Positions 1 to 8,629 of a DNA stretch of 55,290 nt are shown here, piece after piece; the stretch's first letter is position 1; each line of letters opens with the position of its first letter. This DNA is from an uncultured Candidatus Saccharibacteria bacterium. Lineage in GTDB: Bacteria; Patescibacteriota; Dojkabacteria; SC72. Where the stretch lies: assembly GCA_964500025.1 (NCBI GenBank), contig CAZCMQ010000001.1:1-55290 (forward strand). The letters run 5' to 3'. Made by a program: the position numbers and the translations under genes. The notes beneath the pieces are model-generated. The model did no database searches, was not told where the DNA came from, and saw only the letters and a program-made list of their open reading frames with translations.

Positions 1-55
1 CCACCGTCTTGAACAGTAACTGTTCCATCAACAGTTAAAGATCCTCCATTATCTG
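1..55. repeat. Terminal overlap copy 1 (identical to 55236-55290); contig closes into a circle or is circularly permuted
   Basis: Read directly: bases 1-55 (ccaccgtcttgaacag...ccattatctg) recur exactly at 55236-55290; unique length 55235 nt. Confidence 0.95.
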
Positions 56-260
56 TGACCGGAACGGTCCCTGAGATACCCACGGTACCGTCTACTGTGA
101 GGGAACCTCCATTGTCAGTAACAGGAAACGTTGTACGTTCTGCACCTGAGGAATCTACCAGACATGCAGTAGCCGCATATTGTGAAGAACCATTGGCAGC
201 GACAATGACTGTTCTGTCAATGTTTCCGCCGTCCTTCACAGTCATTGTTGTTAGTGCCAT
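1..260 (-). CDS. N-terminal part of a repeat-containing virion fibre-like protein that spans the circular junction
   Basis: ATG at 260 (minus) gives MALTTMTVKDGGNIDRTVIVAANG... The frame runs off the left edge and, after removing the 55-nt overlap, continues 55235->54524 in frame (260+712=972 nt, 323 aa). Contains tandem units of the type TDNGGSLTVDGTV. Confidence 0.8.
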   Translation of the reverse strand, partial: MALTTMTVKDGGNIDRTVIVAANGSSQYAATACLVDSSGAERTTFPVTDNGGSLTVDGTVGISGTVPVTDNGGSLTVDGTVTVQDG

Positions 261-412
261 AATTTAAAATCCATAAAGAAAGAGGTAATACATTGAATTA
301 GTGGACTCACTATAAATTAGTGCAGGACCACTAGGAGGCTCTGGAGGAACCCCATCACCCCTAACATTGAAGATGGCAACATCATTAAAGCCAATTCCAA
401 GTCCAAACATGA

Positions 413-661
413 TTATCCATACATTGCTACAATATTAGTAGCTGTGGTGCCAGTTGAGTTAACTCTGGTGACACGGATTGGTAGAATCTGTCCTTGGACA
501 ACTCCAGTAAAAACACAAGTTTGGCCATCTCGCATAAGAACAGAAACATTTCCTCCTCCGCCAATAAACAGACCTTTGGTTTCTAAAGGAAGAGGAACAG
601 TATTAGATGGGGTTACCACAACAGCAGAACTAGCTGGGGCGTCAATCATTGATGCAGCCAT
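413..661 (-). CDS. Small virion-module protein, unknown function
   Basis: 82-aa ORF co-oriented with the late operon, directly downstream of the hairpin at 674-691; Gly/Thr/Val-rich. Confidence 0.6.
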   Translation of the reverse strand: MAASMIDAPASSAVVVTPSNTVPLPLETKGLFIGGGGNVSVLMRDGQTCVFTGVVQGQILPIRVTRVNSTGTTATNIVAMYG

Positions 662-673
662 GATATTCCTTAA

Positions 674-691
674 AGGGGGCCGAAGCCCCCT
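674..691 (-). terminator. GC hairpin (AGGGGGC-UUCG-GCCCCCU in minus sense) between two capsid-module genes; attenuator or transcript-stabilising hairpin
   Basis: 7-bp perfect GC-rich stem with a 4-nt loop read in the 32-nt gap between ORFs 694..1122 and 413..661; only a short U tract follows. Confidence 0.4.
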
Positions 692-693
692 AA

Positions 694-1122
694 TTATTGA
701 ACGTAATAAATAAAAACTGTATAAGGACCACCTGCACCAGAAGCAGTACCGCTTTCTGCATATTTAGCATAAACGTTAATGTCTCCAGTTGGGGGAACTT
801 GAACTAGATTAGGAAGATTCGTAGTCGAAACGACTGTTGTTGGACGAATCATACCTCCGGCGGTTTTCACATCCTGAGCATTAACCCACTCGTTAGCTGT
901 TGCTGTAGTACCAATGCTAATAGTAGCACTGCTGCCCGCAGTAGATGCTACTCCTAGAATAGCAATATCTACTACAGTAGAATTAAAAGGAAGTACAGCT
1001 TTAACTGACGCCACAGTATCGGTACGAGCCACGGTAAAAACCGTGACCCGTACGTCCATACCGGGAGGAGTGAGAGAAGTCGGGCCGTTTGGAGGATTAA
1101 GGTCGATTGCCCGGATGCCCAT
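694..1122 (-). CDS. Virion-module protein downstream of the major capsid gene, unknown function
   Basis: 142-aa ORF starting 3 nt after the capsid gene stop, same strand. Confidence 0.65.
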   Translation of the reverse strand: MGIRAIDLNPPNGPTSLTPPGMDVRVTVFTVARTDTVASVKAVLPFNSTVVDIAILGVASTAGSSATISIGTTATANEWVNAQDVKTAGGMIRPTTVVSTTNLPNLVQVPPTGDINVYAKYAESGTASGAGGPYTVFIYYVQ

Positions 1123-1124
1123 GA

Positions 1125-2033
1125 TTAGGCTCCTTGCGAACCATAAAGACCACGAGGATCAGTCCAGCCTACACTGAACCGCATACGAGCCTTGAACTTA
1201 GCGTTCTCGGTATCGAAGTCGTTATCCATTGCAAAACTGTCTTCATCCCGCTCAAAGTATTTCATACCATGAGGAGCATTGGTCCGGATAAACCAAGCAT
1301 CAGAATCAGTCAGATAATGGTTTACTACAATATTCTTGTAGAGACCGGCTGACTTGATTGCATTGATGTCATTGAGATCCGTACCAGGACGACCCACAGT
1401 CTTGAGAATCCGATTAGCTTCAAACTCTAGTTGAGGGGGAATGATAAGCTTCTCTGGACGAAGCGCGATCAGAAGACCACGATCATTCCGAAGAAGACTG
1501 ATATCAATTGCCGCCTGTTCAAGAGCAGCTTCTGAAAGATCCACTGAAACTGAAGGAACGTTTGACCATGTACCACCAGCAATATTAGGGTGGTTATTGA
1601 CTAGTAGAGCAACACCATCACCACCTTGGTATGTGCCATTGAAGGCACGGTTATATACCATGGCAGCAACATTCTCTTTAGTCTGTCGCATAGAGAATGC
1701 AAGACCTTGAGCACGTTTCTGAGCCACGACATCATACTGATCGTCGTCCATTGCTTCCCGAGTTACAATGAACCCAAGAGCATAGACAACGTGACGATAT
1801 CGCGTAGTAAAGCCTTGTCGCTCAGTATCGTACTCGATACCAGCGCCTTCTGGTTTGACGGGAGCCAGACCAAAAGAACTAAGACCAACATCCTCTTCGT
1901 ATGCACGCGAAGAGGTATTTTTATCGAAAAGTTCGGTGAACTCTACTGGATATTCGGCATAAGCTTTTCCATACCAAGAATTAACGCCTGGCCATAGAGC
2001 TTTAGCAAAACTAGATTGAGTGATGATACCCAT
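1125..2033 (-). CDS. Major capsid protein (HK97-fold type, inferred)
   Basis: 302-aa ORF in the canonical portal-scaffold-capsid order; sequence (MGIITQSSFAKALWPGVNSWYGKAY...) resembles podophage major capsid proteins from memory; no search was run. Confidence 0.7.
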   Translation of the reverse strand: MGIITQSSFAKALWPGVNSWYGKAYAEYPVEFTELFDKNTSSRAYEEDVGLSSFGLAPVKPEGAGIEYDTERQGFTTRYRHVVYALGFIVTREAMDDDQYDVVAQKRAQGLAFSMRQTKENVAAMVYNRAFNGTYQGGDGVALLVNNHPNIAGGTWSNVPSVSVDLSEAALEQAAIDISLLRNDRGLLIALRPEKLIIPPQLEFEANRILKTVGRPGTDLNDINAIKSAGLYKNIVVNHYLTDSDAWFIRTNAPHGMKYFERDEDSFAMDNDFDTENAKFKARMRFSVGWTDPRGLYGSQGA

Positions 2034-2035
2034 TA

Positions 2036-2617
2036 TTATACTCCAGTAGTACCCACAGATTGGTATTGGTGAACGTTGAAGCGCACTAAAACTTTAGCAT
2101 TGGCAGAGCCAATTTCATTATCAATGCGATCTACGAAACCAAGAATCTGTAGAGGAAGGGTTGATGTATCCAATGCAGTTGAAGTATCTACTTGCATACC
2201 GGATGCACCAGTTGAAGTAGAACCAGCCCCAACAATAAAATTAACATTAAGACCGACACCAGCAACGGTGAGTGCACCGCCGACAGCGTCTTCTTGTGCT
2301 TCAAAAATAAGGTCTGGAGCATCTGCTACATATACAACACGATTAGTAGAAGCTGGACGATAGATAGGTACATTCAGAGCATTTGGATCTGCTTCAAAGC
2401 CTACTACGACTCCAATACCAGTATTACCTGCCGCAGCTTGCGCTACAGTAGGATAGCCGTCCGCAGAAGCGGAACCTGCTAGCTTAACAATATCTCCTAC
2501 GAAGACAGCAACGTTATCCGTTGACGGGATAAAATACTTATTAAACTGTCCATTGTAGGCAGAACCGTTAAGGTGTTTAACGGGGCGAAAACCATTAACA
2601 CGACTTACGTTTGCCAT
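2036..2617 (-). CDS. Head-module protein immediately upstream of the capsid gene (decoration/cement-like, speculative)
   Basis: 193-aa ORF tightly packed with the capsid gene (2-nt gap); function assigned from position only. Confidence 0.6.
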   Translation of the reverse strand: MANVSRVNGFRPVKHLNGSAYNGQFNKYFIPSTDNVAVFVGDIVKLAGSASADGYPTVAQAAAGNTGIGVVVGFEADPNALNVPIYRPASTNRVVYVADAPDLIFEAQEDAVGGALTVAGVGLNVNFIVGAGSTSTGASGMQVDTSTALDTSTLPLQILGFVDRIDNEIGSANAKVLVRFNVHQYQSVGTTGV

Positions 2618-2645
2618 TTAATTCTCCTTGGCCTCGCCCTGAAGT

Positions 2646-3050
2646 TTAAGAGATCTTGATCTCTCCGTATGAACCTTCAAGGGAGGGGTTTTTGATTGTG
2701 CGTTCTAGAGAGTCGAGATGATCCTGTTTGGCTTTCTGATCTTGGTTGTAGTCTTCTTTTCGTTGACGCATTAGCACTGCTTTAGTGCCTCCACCCATAG
2801 AAACAGTATTATCTCCAGTTTGTCCGACATCTAAACGCCGAGTTGATCCAGCTTTATGTTGGCGATAATCTACAATCTCGTAGCCAGCTTCTTCGAAAGA
2901 AGCTACTCGATCCTCAACATCGTTAACCCAACGATAAACAAAACCTGGATCTTGATTAGTAATTTTAAGACGATCTCTTGTGTTCAGTGGAACACGGACC
3001 GGACGGGCACTTGCCTCTTTTGTCATATTAAGCTCCTTTGATCGCTTCAT
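2646..3050 (-). CDS. Head-module hypothetical protein (likely starts at the internal Met, MTKEAS, at 3026)
   Basis: ORF between the scaffold and capsid-associated genes; starting at 3026 nearly removes the overlap with the upstream gene (3 nt instead of 23). Confidence 0.6.
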   Translation of the reverse strand: MKRSKELNMTKEASARPVRVPLNTRDRLKITNQDPGFVYRWVNDVEDRVASFEEAGYEIVDYRQHKAGSTRRLDVGQTGDNTVSMGGGTKAVLMRQRKEDYNQDQKAKQDHLDSLERTIKNPSLEGSYGEIKIS

Positions 3051-3786
3051 AATCTTTGAGATACTGCTCTTTAGTGATTCCCGCAGTGCGCATAACTTTA
3101 TGCATAATTCGAAGTTCTTCTTGACTCATGTCAGATTCGATCGTTTTTGCGGCCTTGGAAGTAGCAGACTTTGTTTCTACGGCACTTGCCTGTTGTTTGT
3201 TCGGATTTTGGAACTTTTCAGGATAAATCCGTTTTACATGCTCTGTAACCTTTTTGAGAACTTCTGCTGGAGGTACGCCTCGTTGGGCGAGTTGAGTTCC
3301 AAAAGAATCTGCAACAGCAGCTAGTTCAATGTCTGTGTGATACCATTTATTTTGATCTACCCAACGTTGAAACTCTTGTGGAGCTTCCTGTACATTTTGT
3401 TGGGGAATAGTGGCTTTTGCTGCTTGTTTAACTTGATCAATCTGTTCCGTGATTTCTTCTACACGATCCATGTCTTGATCTTCAAGAGCAGCTTTTCGTT
3501 CTGCTCGGAGAGTATTCAAGGCACGGTTGTATTCGACTTCACGGACTTGTTCATAATGTTGAACAACAGCTTTGTTATTTTGGTCTAGAGCACGAATCTT
3601 TTTATTTAACTCGTCAATCTTTTCAAACAAAGGAGCGCGAGCTACAAAGACTTCTGCTGATACCCACTTACCTGGTTCTCCATTAAATTCTTCTTTGGGG
3701 AGCCATCCTTGGCTACGGGCTTCCTGTTCTACAGGATCTACTTGAACTTCTTGTTCTTGTGTTTCTTCAGTCATTTTCTTCCTCAA
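3028..3786 (-). CDS. Putative scaffolding protein
   Basis: 252 aa, strongly charged, helical, E/K/Q-rich composition; lies between portal and capsid. Confidence 0.55.
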   Translation of the reverse strand: MRKKMTEETQEQEVQVDPVEQEARSQGWLPKEEFNGEPGKWVSAEVFVARAPLFEKIDELNKKIRALDQNNKAVVQHYEQVREVEYNRALNTLRAERKAALEDQDMDRVEEITEQIDQVKQAAKATIPQQNVQEAPQEFQRWVDQNKWYHTDIELAAVADSFGTQLAQRGVPPAEVLKKVTEHVKRIYPEKFQNPNKQQASAVETKSATSKAAKTIESDMSQEELRIMHKVMRTAGITKEQYLKDYEAIKGA

Positions 3787-4084
3787 TCACTGCGATGATG
3801 TCATCGTCGTTTAAAATAATACGACGATCTTCTTCTTGTCCAAAAGCTTTACCGGCATATTTCGCGAATAATACACGGTCACCTGTTTTGGCCCATGGAA
3901 AACCTTCATCGAAAGCCTTCCATGCATTATCACCGATAGATTCAATTACTCCGGTGACTACTGCAGCTTGTTCTAAAGCTGCTTCAGTGTGCGCTAAAAT
4001 GATACCGGATTTGGTAGCTCTCATTTGTGCATCACTGATATCTGGAATTACTACGACTCTATGTCCTGCTGGTCTAATCTTCAT
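3767..4084 (-). CDS. GroES/Cpn10-like co-chaperonin
   Basis: MKIRPAGHRVVV...TKSGIIL...TGDRVLFAKYAG...DDDIIAVIE aligns by eye with E. coli GroES (MNIRPLHDRVIV...AGGIVL...VGDIVIF...SDILAIVE) over the full length. Confidence 0.8.
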   Translation of the reverse strand: MKIRPAGHRVVVIPDISDAQMRATKSGIILAHTEAALEQAAVVTGVIESIGDNAWKAFDEGFPWAKTGDRVLFAKYAGKAFGQEEDRRIILNDDDIIAVIEEEND

Positions 4085-4238
4085 TAGCTTCCTCTTCTAA
4101 TTCTTCCTGAATATTGAGTACTACTTCGTATGCGTAGTACATTCCCTTTAGCATTTGAACACGCTCAGGAAGATTCTCATACGTGTTTACCAATTCATCC
4201 TTAATCGCCTCTTGTCTAGCTCTAAGTTGAGCGAACAT
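4074..4238 (-). CDS. Small acidic ORF (54 aa) between portal and GroES-like gene
   Basis: Not in the ORF track (below 60 aa). Its ATG overlaps the portal stop (TGATG) and its 3' end overlaps the GroES-like start by 11 nt. Sequence: MFAQLRARQEAIKDELVNTYENLPERVQMLKGMYYAYEVVLNIQEELEEEANED. Confidence 0.4.
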   Translation of the reverse strand: MFAQLRARQEAIKDELVNTYENLPERVQMLKGMYYAYEVVLNIQEELEEEANED

Positions 4239-6406
4239 CACTTGCGTGACTGGTTCTTCCCTCCAGTGCTTGACTGCGCCTTTTGAGATTGTAATTTTGA
4301 TTTTTCCTCCGCGTGACGTTGTTGTTGTTGATGCTTCTGTTCACTTTGAACCATACCTTGCTGAGCTTGAGCTTGCTTGGCCTGCATCTGTTGAGCAGTC
4401 TGAGCCATAAAGATTTTTTGTTTATGTTCATCTGCCTTGGCCTGTAGTTGTACTTTTTGGGCTTGGGCCTGAAGATTGATTCTATGTTCTTCGGCTTTCA
4501 TTTTAAGTTCAGCTTCTTTAGAAGCAGCTTCAAGTTGCAGTTTTCGTTCTGCTAAACTGCCCTGAATTTCAGCTTTTTTCTGTTCAGCTTCCATCTTCAT
4601 CTGCATTTCCATCATCTTTGGATCAGGTTTCTGAGGAATCTGAGGCTGTCCAGATTGTGCCATTCCAGGAATCAATTGTTCGTAATTAGGAATCTCCATC
4701 GCATCAAGGATGCGGACAGTGACTTGTCCTGGATCAATCGTGCCCATCGGAATGAGCTGTAATAGAGCTTGGGCTTTGGCCAGTCTTTCTTGCTGTGAAG
4801 AAGCACTTGGATCAGCCGCTGGATAAATATCAAATTCTTCTGTATCAAAATCTCCTGGACCAATAGATTCATCCAAAACTTTAGAAATCGTATGGGGGTC
4901 CAAATAATCCGCGTTCAGTTCGAACAGCTTTTGGAACTCTTCCGTCAGTGAACGATACACCCGTTTGTAAATCGCGGTAAAGACTTTCATCCCCTGTTCG
5001 ATTGAGGCGGTAGTCGTAGTAGCAGGAGTATTTTGTCCAGGCATCTTCCCGACAAAGATTTCCGCAATAGAGGCAAGCTCTTTTCCCGCACCTACAAGGT
5101 ACTCCAACAGTTTCATCAGAGTCGCTGAGGGCTCCTTCGTTGGAAGAGGCATGATCTGTTTCTTGATGTCGTCTCCGGTCGCATTCACCCATTTCCATTC
5201 TCCTGGAGTAAAGGAATAATCTCCTCCTTTGATTCGGAGACCTTTGCCCACAAATCCAGATTGAAGATTGTTGAGAGTACCAGAGTCAATAAGTTGATTG
5301 ACTAGGGTATTTACAGACTCATTTAAAGGACCTAACAGGTGACCAAATCCAAGATCATAAAAAGAACCATCTGGATTTGGAATAAATCCGAATTTGGTAT
5401 AGTATTGCTTTGGAGGAATATAAGTTGGTTTCTCGTTCTTGAATCTAACACGCCGTAAATCAAATCTAGCGGTGATTCTAAGAACTTTACCAGAGTTTTT
5501 CTCAAAAGTTACAATATAAGGTTTCTCAAACTTGTCTTTAGGAAGCTCCAGCCAAGTGTGCTGTTCGATGATTTCGAAAGGCATCACCTTTTCATCAGAC
5601 ATATCCGTAGTTCCTTCAGGACCAATCGGAGTGCCTAGATCTACATCTATATAAAGACCTTCTCGTTGTCTTTCTTTAATCTGACGCTTATATAGAAGAA
5701 TAATCTCAGAGATTCTTTCAGCGGTGCAGAAGTCCTTTGCCCAATAATTGACCACAAGATTATCAATTCCGATAACTTTGGAACAATTTTTATTGGTTTC
5801 GGGATCGAAATAAGTCTTTTTATACATGTTGCCAGTAACACCAACCTGCATAAGAAGCCTATCCATGCCCTCTTCCCAGCCTTCCATATCATGGAGAATC
5901 TGCCAAGACATAAAAGTTCTCACTCGTTTGGCACGAGCTTCTTTTTCATTGTTTGGATCTTTTCCATAGACTTGAGTGGCTACGATCTGCCCATTTGAAG
6001 GGACTAGAGAAGGATAAGCCCTTGCCGAGAACTGCATTGCTGCAATTCCCATCAAGGGAAACTTGACATTAGAGGCATTATTCCAAGGGAAGTTTCTAAT
6101 GTCTTTGCATTGAGTGGCTAGTTTTACCCAATCTTTGATTTCTTCTTCCCATTGTTTTCGAGAAGCAAGATCATTCTCAAATCCTCGCTTGCATTCTTGA
6201 CCAATTTTGATCAAGTCATTTTCTTTGAGATTTTCTGCAAGATTAATCTGAGAAATAATAGAATAAAGAGATTCTTCTTGGGGAGCTTCTTCAACCTCTG
6301 GAAGAGGTTGTTGTGGGGGCATTTGAGGGACTTCAGTAGCCTGTGGTTGTGTTGCGCCCTGCATTACTCCAGCCTGATTCGGCAAGCTCATCGGCATATT
6401 CATCAT
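4238..6406 (-). CDS. Portal protein with long Q/A/K-rich C-terminal helical tail
   Basis: 722-aa ORF immediately downstream of large terminase; size and coiled C-terminal tail recall the P22 portal barrel; start uncertain (several Met between 6364 and 6406). Confidence 0.8.
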   Translation of the reverse strand: MMNMPMSLPNQAGVMQGATQPQATEVPQMPPQQPLPEVEEAPQEESLYSIISQINLAENLKENDLIKIGQECKRGFENDLASRKQWEEEIKDWVKLATQCKDIRNFPWNNASNVKFPLMGIAAMQFSARAYPSLVPSNGQIVATQVYGKDPNNEKEARAKRVRTFMSWQILHDMEGWEEGMDRLLMQVGVTGNMYKKTYFDPETNKNCSKVIGIDNLVVNYWAKDFCTAERISEIILLYKRQIKERQREGLYIDVDLGTPIGPEGTTDMSDEKVMPFEIIEQHTWLELPKDKFEKPYIVTFEKNSGKVLRITARFDLRRVRFKNEKPTYIPPKQYYTKFGFIPNPDGSFYDLGFGHLLGPLNESVNTLVNQLIDSGTLNNLQSGFVGKGLRIKGGDYSFTPGEWKWVNATGDDIKKQIMPLPTKEPSATLMKLLEYLVGAGKELASIAEIFVGKMPGQNTPATTTTASIEQGMKVFTAIYKRVYRSLTEEFQKLFELNADYLDPHTISKVLDESIGPGDFDTEEFDIYPAADPSASSQQERLAKAQALLQLIPMGTIDPGQVTVRILDAMEIPNYEQLIPGMAQSGQPQIPQKPDPKMMEMQMKMEAEQKKAEIQGSLAERKLQLEAASKEAELKMKAEEHRINLQAQAQKVQLQAKADEHKQKIFMAQTAQQMQAKQAQAQQGMVQSEQKHQQQQRHAEEKSKLQSQKAQSSTGGKNQSRK

Positions 6407-7850
6407 CTTCTATTTCCTGTTTTGTGGGATGTTCGATCATAATATCAAGAAGCATTCCTAAATAAGAGAATGCATCCACCTGATCGTCCCACTTACCGCG
6501 TGGGAATTTAGTACATTCGTCTTCAAAAGAAGGATACCAATCCTCATCTTTGTCAAATCTAACTGTTCTTGCTCTCATTCGAGCTTGAATAGACCGACTT
6601 CTCTGAATCTTGTCTTTCCCCAAGTGTTTCATTTTGATAATCTGAGGCCAGACATTCTGGAGAACCATTTCTTCTCTCAAGAAAGGTCCAATTGCCTTGG
6701 TAACTTGCATTTCCTCAAGTCCGATAGCTATTGGATCATAGGTTCTTTGGAGTTGGAGAATGAGATCTACGATTTCTCGGCCATCTAGACGGTCCCGAAT
6801 AACTTCAACAATATGTAGTTTTCTGTCTTCGTCCATTCCTCCGACCACAAATGCGGTATAATCCGCAGTTTCATTCTCAGAGATAGCCAAATCACCAGTA
6901 ATATAATAGACTAACTTCTTTTCTTTCTCTGCATCAGTCAAAGGAACAAAATCTTTTAGTTTAAAGTAGGAATAGGCAGCATCAATCGGTCTATTTAGAA
7001 ACTCTTGAGAGTAGACATCAGGGAGACCTTGAGCAATATAATCATTTCTCTTCTCCACGAAGAACTCTTTATCATACCTCTCCGGCCAAAGAAACTCAGT
7101 GAAGTCGTCATTATGTGCTTTCCACTTCACCGAAACCCAAGCACCTATCTTTTTAGTGGAGTAGAGCTTTAGTCCCTTCTCAATGCTGGTTTTCTCTCCT
7201 TCCTTCGGCATAAAAAACTCTAAAAGAGAGCCATTATGAAGAACAGTGCCCCAAACTCTACACTTTCCTGTAGGAGAGAGACAAGGTAAAAGGGCTCCAT
7301 AGAACCATCTTCTCAGTTTATCTCTTCTATCCTTATTCATCACGGCCTCATCATTCTCCAAATCATCACAAACAATGAGATCAGGACGAGTGCCGTTCCA
7401 ATTCAGACCACGGAGCTTCTGCTCCGCTCCCTTTGCAAGAATCCTGAAGGTATGTCCGTCATTCATGCGGACTATAATATCTCCCTCAGTCTCTTTTACA
7501 AAGTCAATTAAACCCTTTTCATTCTTTTTGACCCCGAAGATCTGTTGAAGTTCTTCGTTGTCTGCTAATTCTTGTCTAATATTCCCAAGAAACATGCACG
7601 CTTGGGATTCTGTGTCCGAAACAATCAAGATAAACTTAGCTTCTCTAAAGAGAGCAGAAGCCAGAATATATGCAAAAGATCCCCCAGTGGTCTTTCCATG
7701 TCCTCTAGGCGCGGCTGCTGCTACATATCTATGCTTTGAACAAGCCAGTTCCCACAACTCATAATGAAATGCAGGAGAAGGAACACTCTGATCAAACCTA
7801 GGAGAGAGAACGCTGCCTACAAACCCACTAATAACATCAGCCGTTAACAT
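6333..7850 (-). CDS. terL: Terminase large subunit
   Basis: 505 aa with Walker A-like APRGHGKTT, a DD(L)E Walker B-like segment (LIVCDDLEND) and a C-terminal nuclease-like region; sits upstream of portal. Confidence 0.9.
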   Translation of the reverse strand: MLTADVISGFVGSVLSPRFDQSVPSPAFHYELWELACSKHRYVAAAAPRGHGKTTGGSFAYILASALFREAKFILIVSDTESQACMFLGNIRQELADNEELQQIFGVKKNEKGLIDFVKETEGDIIVRMNDGHTFRILAKGAEQKLRGLNWNGTRPDLIVCDDLENDEAVMNKDRRDKLRRWFYGALLPCLSPTGKCRVWGTVLHNGSLLEFFMPKEGEKTSIEKGLKLYSTKKIGAWVSVKWKAHNDDFTEFLWPERYDKEFFVEKRNDYIAQGLPDVYSQEFLNRPIDAAYSYFKLKDFVPLTDAEKEKKLVYYITGDLAISENETADYTAFVVGGMDEDRKLHIVEVIRDRLDGREIVDLILQLQRTYDPIAIGLEEMQVTKAIGPFLREEMVLQNVWPQIIKMKHLGKDKIQRSRSIQARMRARTVRFDKDEDWYPSFEDECTKFPRGKWDDQVDAFSYLGMLLDIMIEHPTKQEIEDDEYADELAESGWSNAGRNTTTGY

Positions 7851-8361
7851 TTACGACTTCAATCACTTCCACTCTCTTTTTAGAAAACTCTTCGAATTTC
7901 TTTGCAAGATTGAGCAGAAGATCTGTCTGTTGTTGTTTCTCCTCAACTGGCTTTTTCTCCAATTGAGTGGATCTCTCAAGAAGATCCTTGGCTACAGTGT
8001 GAGCATCTCGAAGTTGTACAGGCTTTCTCCGCATTTCTCCGGTTTTCTGGTCATAGATCCATTCCCCATTCTCAAGCCTATCCAGCGACACATCTAAAGC
8101 CTTATTAGCAATAGCCTTCAATTTATTAGAAAGAGTGATAGTATTCTCAGTCTTGATCTCATTAACGAGTTCAGTCCACCATTTAGAATATCTCCATTCC
8201 TTCATAGTGGTGAGTTTAATATCCAAGGCAGCAGCAGTCGCTGACAGATTACCTGTCACCAACCACAGCTTCACTGCTTCCAATTTCTGAGAATCAGAGT
8301 ACCACCCTTTGGTAATTCTTTTCTTTTTGGACTTTATGTGTGGAATTTTGTCGCTTAACAT
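7837..8361 (-). CDS. terS: Putative terminase small subunit (HTH-containing)
   Basis: 174 aa directly upstream of terL with a 14-nt overlap; N-terminal HTH-like segment (SQKLEAVKLWLVTGNLSATAAALDIKLTTMKEW). Confidence 0.6.
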   Translation of the reverse strand: MLSDKIPHIKSKKKRITKGWYSDSQKLEAVKLWLVTGNLSATAAALDIKLTTMKEWRYSKWWTELVNEIKTENTITLSNKLKAIANKALDVSLDRLENGEWIYDQKTGEMRRKPVQLRDAHTVAKDLLERSTQLEKKPVEEKQQQTDLLLNLAKKFEEFSKKRVEVIEVVNVNG

Positions 8362-8569
8362 TACCCTTTAAACACTCCTTAGTGATCAGGATCTGAAACT
8401 CCTCCGGAGTCTTTACAGTATCCGCCAGTTCTATAATCTTATTAACATCCCAGTTTTCGAAATCTACTGGTACCCCATATGCCGCAGCATAGGCAGAATT
8501 CCCTACTCCCCAACAGTCCACCTGTAATTGAATAGGAAACAAAGAAAGTAAAAACATAATAAAGTTCAT
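8294..8569 (-). CDS. First gene of the leftward arm, hydrophobic N-terminus, unknown function
   Basis: AGGAG 6 nt upstream of the ATG at 8569; the consensus promoter lies about 20 nt further upstream; overlaps the terS start by 68 nt. Confidence 0.55.
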   Translation of the reverse strand: MNFIMFLLSLFPIQLQVDCWGVGNSAYAAAYGVPVDFENWDVNKIIELADTVKTPEEFQILITKECLKGNVKRQNSTHKVQKEKNYQRVVL

Positions 8570-8590
8570 GTTATTCTCCTAATGTGTTAC

Positions 8591-8619
8591 ATTATAACAC
8601 AACTGTATCTTTTTGTCAA
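8591..8619 (-). promoter_or_regulatory. Consensus sigma70-type promoter for the leftward arm (TTGACA-17 nt-TATAAT)
   Basis: Minus-strand reading: TTGACAaaaagatacagttgtgtTATAAT, with TGTGTTATAATGT shared with the promoter at 23619. An inverted repeat GTGTTA..TAACAC (8584-8600) overlaps the -10. A palindrome half-site abuts the -35. Confidence 0.65.
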
Positions 8620-8629
8620 TACATGTTAC
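8619..8629. repeat. Half-site of the TAACAT-NN-ATGTTA palindrome (ATACATGTTAC) abutting the -35 of the leftward promoter
   Basis: Read directly; matches one arm plus the centre of the full palindromes. Confidence 0.5.

Noticed and set aside
1-55. 55-nt identical ends as a biological direct terminal repeat
   Set aside because: The repeat falls inside a coding sequence that continues in frame across the junction, and its length is typical of an assembler k-mer overlap. The true physical termini cannot be inferred from the sequence alone.
55-267. Plus-strand ORFs in the track lying opposite the late genes (for example 55..267, 444..713, 914..1177, 1441..1710, 2076..2363, 3759..4100, 6152..6442, 41968..42174, 44419..44706)
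   Set aside because: They are antisense shadows of long, tightly packed minus-strand genes with recognisable products. They have no SD sites and would break the operon logic.
4222-5892. Same-strand alternative-frame ORFs inside the portal gene (4222..4431, 4672..4872, 4881..5198, 5647..5892), and similar ones inside the fibre and giant genes (38123..38392, 50169..50393, 51063..51548, 51968..53032, 54272..54475)
   Set aside because: They are nested entirely within longer, better-supported genes and have unusual amino-acid compositions. No independent start signals were seen.
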